This document shows positions 58,017 to 64,000 of a stretch of DNA of 64,000 bases, piece by piece. The notes below the pieces were generated by a model that ran no database searches, was not told the origin of the DNA, and saw nothing but the letters and a program-made list of their open reading frames with translations. Origin of the DNA: an uncultured Spirochaetota bacterium. Lineage in GTDB: Bacteria; Spirochaetota; Spirochaetia; SZUA-6; Fen-1364. Numbering within the stretch: the first letter of the stretch is position 1; each line of letters begins with the position of its first letter. A program made the translations under genes and the position numbers. The stretch is from contig CAWAHW010000002.1 in NCBI GenBank assembly GCA_963781885.1, forward strand, positions 416,001 to 480,000, written 5' to 3'.

Positions 58017-59064
58017 TCGTCCGACGCGACCGGGGCATGCCGCCTTCTTCGATCGCCGTCACCAGCGCCGCCGGCTCGAACGGTTTGAAGCCCGGCGCTG
58101 CAAAGGCCTCCCGGGCAATGCGGTAAAGGCCGGCGTTCCACGGCGTCGGTACGGCGTTCTTTTCCGCCAGCCTGACGATGTAGCCCGTGAGCGATTCCAG
58201 CTCCGTTGCCGTACCGCCGCGGAGGAGGACGTCCTGGCTCATGCTCGAGCGCACCATCTTCGCCATGCTCGCCTTGAACATCCCGCGGGTGAGGGGGGCG
58301 GGAAGGACGGCGGAAGCGCGTATCTTGCCGAAGCCGGGCATATTGCCCACGTGGTACTCGCGGTAGCCGGCAGCCTGCACGACGCGGACGCCTTCGTCGA
58401 GCGTCTTCGAGACGAGGCGCTGCATCGAGCGAAGATCTGCGATCTCCCTATAGCCCTGGCCCACGAGGGTTGTGATCGTGTTCACAAGATTGACGACGAT
58501 CTTCGAATGAACGGCGTCACCCAGCCTGTCCGTGGCGGCCACCGGGAGCCCTTTCGTGAGCTCGGATGCAATAGCGTCGCGCTCCGCCCGCAGTGAGTTG
58601 TCCGGGGTGCCAATGACCAACGGGCCGCGGTTCTGCCAGCCGATCACCCCCGGCGAATCAAGCCACGCATTGTAGCCGACGACCGCGTAGAGGCAGCGCG
58701 TGAAGTGCTTCGGCAGGATGTTCTGGTTGTCGAGGCCGTTGGCCATCGACAGCGCAAGGGGCCTGCCCCTGGTGGCGGCTGCTGCCGCGCCGGCCACGGC
58801 ATCGAGACTGAAGTTCTTGACGCCGAAAACAAGCAGGTCGTCTTCCCCGAGCCCGTCGAGACTTCTGAGGACTCCGACCGTCACGCGACGTGCCGAGGCG
58901 GGGCCGTTCGCGCCGTCATAGTGGGAAATGCCGTTCGCTTCGATGGCTGCCAGGACCTCGGGCCTGTCGTGGCACCAGACCTCGCTGCGATTTTCGGCAA
59001 GCCATGCCGCGACGCTGCCGCCGATGGCCCCTGCTCCGACGAAAGCTATTTTTCCGATTGCCAT
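57988..59064 (-). CDS. Ketopantoate reductase (PanE/ApbA) family 2-oxoacid reductase
   Basis: VGAGAIGG, VK, ANG, SKIVVNLVN, SSMSQD, TE. Confidence 0.82.
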   Translation of the reverse strand: MAIGKIAFVGAGAIGGSVAAWLAENRSEVWCHDRPEVLAAIEANGISHYDGANGPASARRVTVGVLRSLDGLGEDDLLVFGVKNFSLDAVAGAAAAATRGRPLALSMANGLDNQNILPKHFTRCLYAVVGYNAWLDSPGVIGWQNRGPLVIGTPDNSLRAERDAIASELTKGLPVAATDRLGDAVHSKIVVNLVNTITTLVGQGYREIADLRSMQRLVSKTLDEGVRVVQAAGYREYHVGNMPGFGKIRASAVLPAPLTRGMFKASMAKMVRSSMSQDVLLRGGTATELESLTGYIVRLAEKNAVPTPWNAGLYRIAREAFAAPGFKPFEPAALVTAIEEGGMPRSRRTIRARSRRSV

Positions 59065-59068
59065 TTTT

Positions 59069-59938
59069 CTACTCCTTGTCGTCCTCGAGCGGAAGATCGA
59101 AATACGAGTTCATCGATGCCGCGTAGCGCGTCTGGAGCGGCCGGGTCTCCACGTCCAGCCGACGGAGGACATCTGAAGCCTCCCCGCGACCGAGCATGAG
59201 AGCTTCCCTGCCCCGGTGCGAACCGAAAAGGCTCTCCGCGTGAAGGGCAACGCAGAAGTCCCCGGCAAAGGCAGTAGGGCTTCTCCGCAGCCTTCCGTCC
59301 TTTTTCGTGGCGAGGAAGGACCTGACATCGAGGGTCTTGACTTTTCCCCGTGTGGGCACCTCGAGGGAAAGATCCAGCGTCGCGCCGTCCTCCGCATAGC
59401 TTTCGAACCGGATGCTGTCAGCAGTCTCCCTATAGTCGATGCGCCGCGTGATCTTGGGCAGGTTCCAGAAGTGCCTGCCCCGCAGACGATTTTCTTCAGA
59501 GGTGACCGGCATGAACGCGATGCAATAGCCGGCGTCAGGCCCGCTGGCGAAGGCGCCCAGCACGGGGAAGCCTGCCTTCCCGTCCAAACGCAGGGGCATG
59601 GCGATGGCGAGCTCGTTGTACGGCCGTATGCCCCGCACGCTGCGATACTCGTAACAGGAAATAGCGACGATGCTCCGTCCGCCCAGCATTCGCGGCGGAA
59701 CGGCCTCGGCGTCAAGGAGCTCAGCGAGGAGCTTCCGTGCCGCTTTGTAGTCGCAATGGAAAATTCCCTGGGCGCAGCGCACATTTGCGTAGAGGGTGGG
59801 AAAGAGGTACTCCTTGGGCTTGCCGTTCAGGAGGAGGGGCTCCTTCGCGAGTTTCACCTTGAGCTGCGCGAAGAAGGGATGGCTGAAATCCGCTTCATTG
59901 TCGAACAGCTCTGTTGGGAGATCGAAGTGGGGTTTCAT
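59069..59938 (-). CDS. Acetoacetate decarboxylase-like superfamily protein
   Basis: YEY, PYNE, MPVT, GRHFWNLPK (Schiff-base Lys motif). Confidence 0.8.
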   Translation of the reverse strand: MKPHFDLPTELFDNEADFSHPFFAQLKVKLAKEPLLLNGKPKEYLFPTLYANVRCAQGIFHCDYKAARKLLAELLDAEAVPPRMLGGRSIVAISCYEYRSVRGIRPYNELAIAMPLRLDGKAGFPVLGAFASGPDAGYCIAFMPVTSEENRLRGRHFWNLPKITRRIDYRETADSIRFESYAEDGATLDLSLEVPTRGKVKTLDVRSFLATKKDGRLRRSPTAFAGDFCVALHAESLFGSHRGREALMLGRGEASDVLRRLDVETRPLQTRYAASMNSYFDLPLEDDKE

Positions 59939-59955
59939 TTATGCCTCCGAATATA

Positions 59956-60073
59956 TGACCTTGGGTCACAATAAGGTATTCCCGAATTTTCATCAAGCAG
60001 CTCTTGTCAGAGTTCCTTGTCGGCTGCATCTTGACAAATGACTTGAGGTCATTTATTATATGACTCGTGGTCA
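59956..60073. promoter_or_regulatory. Three TGAC-N5-GTCA operators and a sigma-70 promoter in the divergent region
   Basis: Palindromes at 59956-59968, 60039-60051, 60061-60073; TTGACA(60031)-N17-TATTAT(60054). Confidence 0.8.
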
Positions 60074-60747
60074 GTAAGAAGAGACGCCATCGGCGCGCGC
60101 GGCATGCCGATGACAAGCAGGTTCGACGCGAGACGATTCTCGACGCCGCGCGCGGTTTGTTCGAGGAACGTCCCTTTGACGAAATCACCATGCAGGAGGT
60201 CGCGAAAGCGTGCGGCCTCGCCAAGGGAACGCTGTATCTGTACTTCGCCACCAAGGAGGAGTTATTCCTCGGCGTGAGCATGATCGCGCTGGGTGACTGG
60301 CTCGATGAGCTCGATGGGGCTTCTCTTCCCGACAGCGTGGGCCTCGTCCGGGCGATCACCTCCACGCTTCGAGAGCGGCGCCCGCTCCTGAGGATCCTCG
60401 CCATCCTGCACAGCGTGCTCGAACGCAATGTCGGTGTCGATGCCCTTCGCACTTTCAAGATCGGTCTGCTCGCCAGGCTTCGAAGGAGCGGCGGAAAGAT
60501 CGAGGCCGCGCTGGGGCTTTCGGCCGTCGGCGATGGCGCCCGGCTCCTGCTGCGGACGTACGCGATCATTCTGGGGCTTTATCAGATTGCCGCGCCCGGG
60601 CCACGGGTCGCGGAGGCGCTCTCGGGCGCAGAGCTCACGCCGCTGCGGCTCGACTATTTCGAAGAGCTCGAGCAGGTCCTCCTCGCATTGTTTGCCGGGT
60701 TGCAAGTGCGTTTCAGAGATCGAAAAGAAGGAGCAGATCATGCATGA
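60067..60747 (+). CDS. TetR family regulator
   Basis: RRETILDAA, ITMQEVA..CGLAKGTLYLYFATKEELF, LHSVLERN. Confidence 0.9.
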   Translation: MVSKKRRHRRARHADDKQVRRETILDAARGLFEERPFDEITMQEVAKACGLAKGTLYLYFATKEELFLGVSMIALGDWLDELDGASLPDSVGLVRAITSTLRERRPLLRILAILHSVLERNVGVDALRTFKIGLLARLRRSGGKIEAALGLSAVGDGARLLLRTYAIILGLYQIAAPGPRVAEALSGAELTPLRLDYFEELEQVLLALFAGLQVRFRDRKEGADHA

Positions 60748-61643
60748 GGGAAAGAAATCGCAGGATGTATCCAAGGTGGTGCTGGTGACCGGCTGCTCGT
60801 CGGGCATCGGGAAGGCCACGGCGCAAGCGTTCGTGCGGGCCGGGTGGACCGTCTACGCGACCGCGCGGAACGCCGCGACACTCTCCGACCTGGCTTCGGC
60901 GGGTTGCCGGACGATGACGCTGGACGTCACGAGTGAAGAGTCGATGCGCGGCGCGGTCCAAACAATAGAAGGCGCGCACGGCGCGGTGGGAGTCCTGGTC
61001 AACAACGCCGGCTGACAGCCAATCGGGAGCGCTGGAGACGATCGATCTCGAGCAGATCCGGCGCCAGTTCGAGACAAATGTCTTCGGGCTCTTGCGCCTC
61101 ACCCAACTGGTCCTGCCCGGCATGAGACGCCAGCGATGGGGCCGGGTCGTCAACGTCGGCTCCATCGCCGGAAAGTTGACGCTCCCCGGTGGCGGCGCCT
61201 ATCACGCGGCGAAGCACGCCGTGGAAGCGCTGTCTGACGCCCTGCGCTTCGAGCTGCGCGAGTTCGGCGTCGAGGTGGCGTTGATCGAGCCTGGTCTCAT
61301 CCGCACCAATTTTGCCGACACCGCGGCAACGAGCATCTTTGAAAAGCGGGCGGATCCCCCGACGGGCACCGGTCCGTACGACCGGTTCAACGAGTCGGTA
61401 TTCCGCGCCACCAGGAGCGCGTATGAGAAGGGCCTGCTGATCAGGCTCGGCGGCGGACCCGACGCGGTGGCAAAGGTCATCGTCCGAGGCGTCGCAAAGC
61501 GGCATCTGCGCCCGCGCACCGTGGTTACTGCCTCGGGGCGTCTCCTCCTCGCGATACGTCGATTCTCGTCGGACCGCCTGTGGGACTTCCTGATGAGTCG
61601 GAATTACGCGCCGCATCCGCGGCCGACCGGCGTCGGGACCTGA
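60740..61643 (+). CDS. SDR family oxidoreductase; single-base insertion near 61014
   Basis: TGCSSGIG, VNNAG, then GYSQSGALE..FETNVFG after removing one G; YHAAK. Confidence 0.88.
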
Positions 61644-61854
61644 TCGCCGAGCCCGCGCGAGACATGGCGGCCCGGCGCCGGGCGGCGGCTCCTTCAGGAG
61701 CGATTGCCCGGCAGGTTGCGGTTGTCATAGTCGAAGCGGTGCATTTGCAGCCACTCGTCGTAGCATGGCTGTCGTCTCGGCCGCGCCTTGGTATTGAACC
61801 TGCTGCGAGCCAGACGTATGCTTTAGAATCCGTTTTTGGGCTCAGGAGCATTTC

Positions 61855-62463
61855 ATGGACATTCTTCCAGAGCTTGTTGCCCGCCGCGCTCGATGCGGCA
61901 TTGCCGCAGACCCGCTGCCTGTCGAGCAGATACAGCGATTACTTTGTGCCGCCACCCTCGCGCCGTCCTGCGCCAATACCCAGCCGTGGCGTATTGTTGC
62001 CGTCACGGGCGAGCGCCTTTCGGCAGTTCGACAGGCATTGAGTGAAGGCAACAAATGGGCGACGAGAGCGCCTCTGATTATCGTGATGGCGACCAAACCG
62101 TCCCTGGACATGCGTCTGGAGGCGGGAAGGGACTACGCCTACTTCGATTTGGGCATGGCGGCTCTTGCCCTCATGCTGCAAGCCACGCGTGAAGGTCTCT
62201 ATGCCCATCCCATCGCGGGCTACACTCCGTCGAAAGTGGCAAAGGCAGCAGGGCTTCCAGAAGATTTTGTTCCGCTTAGCCTCGTCATCGTAGGAAAGCC
62301 GGGAGACGACGCCCTTCTGAACGAGGGCCAAAGACTGCGCGAGCACGCCTCGCGTCAGCGCAAGGGCTTGGAAGAGGTCGCCTTTAGCGACTCATGGGAA
62401 AAGGCGTGGGGAATATCGGACTTAGGGCATCTGCTCGATCAACAGGGACTGCCCCGACCGTAG
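61855..62463 (+). CDS. Nitroreductase family protein
   Basis: ARR, LAPSCANTQPWR, DLGMA, HPIAG, RQRK. Confidence 0.88.
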   Translation: MDILPELVARRARCGIAADPLPVEQIQRLLCAATLAPSCANTQPWRIVAVTGERLSAVRQALSEGNKWATRAPLIIVMATKPSLDMRLEAGRDYAYFDLGMAALALMLQATREGLYAHPIAGYTPSKVAKAAGLPEDFVPLSLVIVGKPGDDALLNEGQRLREHASRQRKGLEEVAFSDSWEKAWGISDLGHLLDQQGLPRP

Positions 62464-62491
62464 ACACCGAAGAAAGCACCTGTTCGCACCC

Positions 62492-63730
62492 TCAGGCGTG
62501 CTGCCGTCTGTTTCTTTTTTCGATATTCGGGAGGAGACCCGCTATCATCCCCAGCAGAGGCAGGAATGCCGTAAGCCGATAGACATGGGTAATGCTCGTC
62601 AAGTCGGCGAGCTTCCCAAGCGCCGCAGAGCCCAGCGCACCCATCCCGAACGCAAAACCAAAGAACAGCCCCGCGATCATGCCAACGTTGCCCGGGATAA
62701 GCTCTTGAGCGTACACGAGGATTGCTGAAAAAGCCGAGGCAAGAATGACGCCGATAAAGACCGATAGCACGGTTGTTCCCGTCAGTCCTGCGTGAGGAAG
62801 CAGAAGGGTAAGAGGCGCCACACCCAGGATTGAGATCCAAATGACGTACTTGCGCCCGATGCGGTCTCCCACGGGGCCTCCAATGAGTGTTCCCGCGGCG
62901 ACAGCAAACTGAAACAGGAAGAGACGAAGCTGTGCGCTCTTTATCGACAAGCTGAACTTTTGGATGAGGTAGAACGTGAAATAGCTGTTGATGCTCGCCA
63001 GGTAAAAATACTTGGAAAAAATCAATACGAGCAAAATGCCCACGGTGAATGCCACTGTGGATCGCGCCAGCCGGGGGCTGCTCCCCATGACTTTCCCTGT
63101 TGCCGAAGCGTGGATGCGATGAGTATTGGCGGCGTACCACTTGCCTACCTGAGTCAAAAGCACCATGCCCACCACCGCAAGAGGTATGAACCAGAGAACC
63201 CGCGACCTGCCTTTCTCGGCAATGATCAGCGCGGCAAGAAGAGGCCCGAGAGCGGATCCGGCGTTGCCTCCGACCTGAAAGAATGACTGGGCGAACCCGC
63301 GCCGGGCGCCCGCGGCCATATGGGCGACCCGGGATGATTCGGGATGGAACACCGAGGAACCGACGCCGACGAGCGATACCGAAAACAGCAGCATTCCAAA
63401 GCTCTGAGCAAATGACAGGAGCGCCAGCCCCATCAAGGTGAAGCCCATCCCGACGGCCAGTGAAAATGGCAGATGATGCCGATCGGTAAACGCACCGACA
63501 ATCGGCTGGAGCAGGGATGCCGTAATCTGGTTCACAAAAGTGACCAGCCCTATCTGTGCAAAATCCAGCTGGAAAGACTCCTTGATGATCGGATAACTCG
63601 CTGGTATCAAAGACTGCAGAGAATCGTTGATCAAATGGGAAATACTGATGGCGATGAGGATGGGAAGCACGGTACCGTGAGAGGAAGTGCTTTCGGAGGT
63701 GCTCGCCTTGTTTGCGTCGGGAGACGTCAT
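62492..63730 (-). CDS. fsr: MFS transporter, Fsr (fosmidomycin resistance) family
   Basis: SHLINDSLQS, SLLQP, GSSVFHPESSR, FQVGGNAG, LIFSKYFY, GDRIGRK. Confidence 0.9.
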   Translation of the reverse strand: MTSPDANKASTSESTSSHGTVLPILIAISISHLINDSLQSLIPASYPIIKESFQLDFAQIGLVTFVNQITASLLQPIVGAFTDRHHLPFSLAVGMGFTLMGLALLSFAQSFGMLLFSVSLVGVGSSVFHPESSRVAHMAAGARRGFAQSFFQVGGNAGSALGPLLAALIIAEKGRSRVLWFIPLAVVGMVLLTQVGKWYAANTHRIHASATGKVMGSSPRLARSTVAFTVGILLVLIFSKYFYLASINSYFTFYLIQKFSLSIKSAQLRLFLFQFAVAAGTLIGGPVGDRIGRKYVIWISILGVAPLTLLLPHAGLTGTTVLSVFIGVILASAFSAILVYAQELIPGNVGMIAGLFFGFAFGMGALGSAALGKLADLTSITHVYRLTAFLPLLGMIAGLLPNIEKRNRRQHA

Positions 63731-64000
63731 ATGCTTCTGGTGCTCCAGTTCAAATAGTTGTGTCCGCCGCTGCTCCTCGTCCTTCTCCCCGAGCATGTAA
63801 GAGGATCGCCTCGTCGCCGACGGCCATCCGCTCAGCGTCCTTCAGGTTCGCCAGCGTCATCGACAAAGCTGCAAAAAAAGCGAGAGACGGTCAAGGAAGC
63901 CCCGGGCCCTCATCGACGGAGAAATCGCGGGATGAGCCTCGGTCAAACGCGCCGAAAAAGGATGCGGGCGGCCGATATGCGCTCGTCGTCCTGGTCTTGC

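Noticed and set aside
61013-61015. In-frame TGA in the SDR as possible selenocysteine (tempting because selD is present)
   Set aside because: Read-through gives nonsense; deleting one G restores NNAGYSQSGALE in a different frame, so it is an insertion, not Sec
63731-64000. Possible short ORF or leader upstream of fsr
   Set aside because: No recognisable motif and truncated context at the window edge

Overview
GC-rich bacterial chromosomal segment with about 65 genes. I found no rRNA, tRNA, CRISPR array or mobile element. Gene content suggests an anaerobic or microaerophilic diderm, possibly Spirochaetia, but this is inference only. Metal and cofactor metabolism dominates: a selenium cluster (Cys-type selD, yedF, DUF3343, cysteine desulfurase), yqeB/yqeC beside a Moco/modABC cluster, Zn/Mn uptake (znuABC-type, Fur family, MntR, MntH, DUF1007/NicO) and three SCO proteins. 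There are also two Amt transporters plus GlnK, a dehydrogenase-kinase-aldolase sugar operon and two exported ankyrin proteins. The most notable locus is a carotenoid island (crtB, fused crtYc/d, crtI, actinobacterial-type crtU, HMG-CoA synthase). It surrounds a regulator that joins an XRE helix-turn-helix to a CarH-type adenosylcobalamin photosensor domain, which suggests a non-MerR B12 light switch controlling aromatic carotenoid synthesis. A eukaryote-like ERG4/ERG24 sterol-reductase gene coupled to an SDR is the second highlight. At least seven genes carry single-base frameshifts, probably long-read errors. All family assignments come from motif recognition, not database searches.
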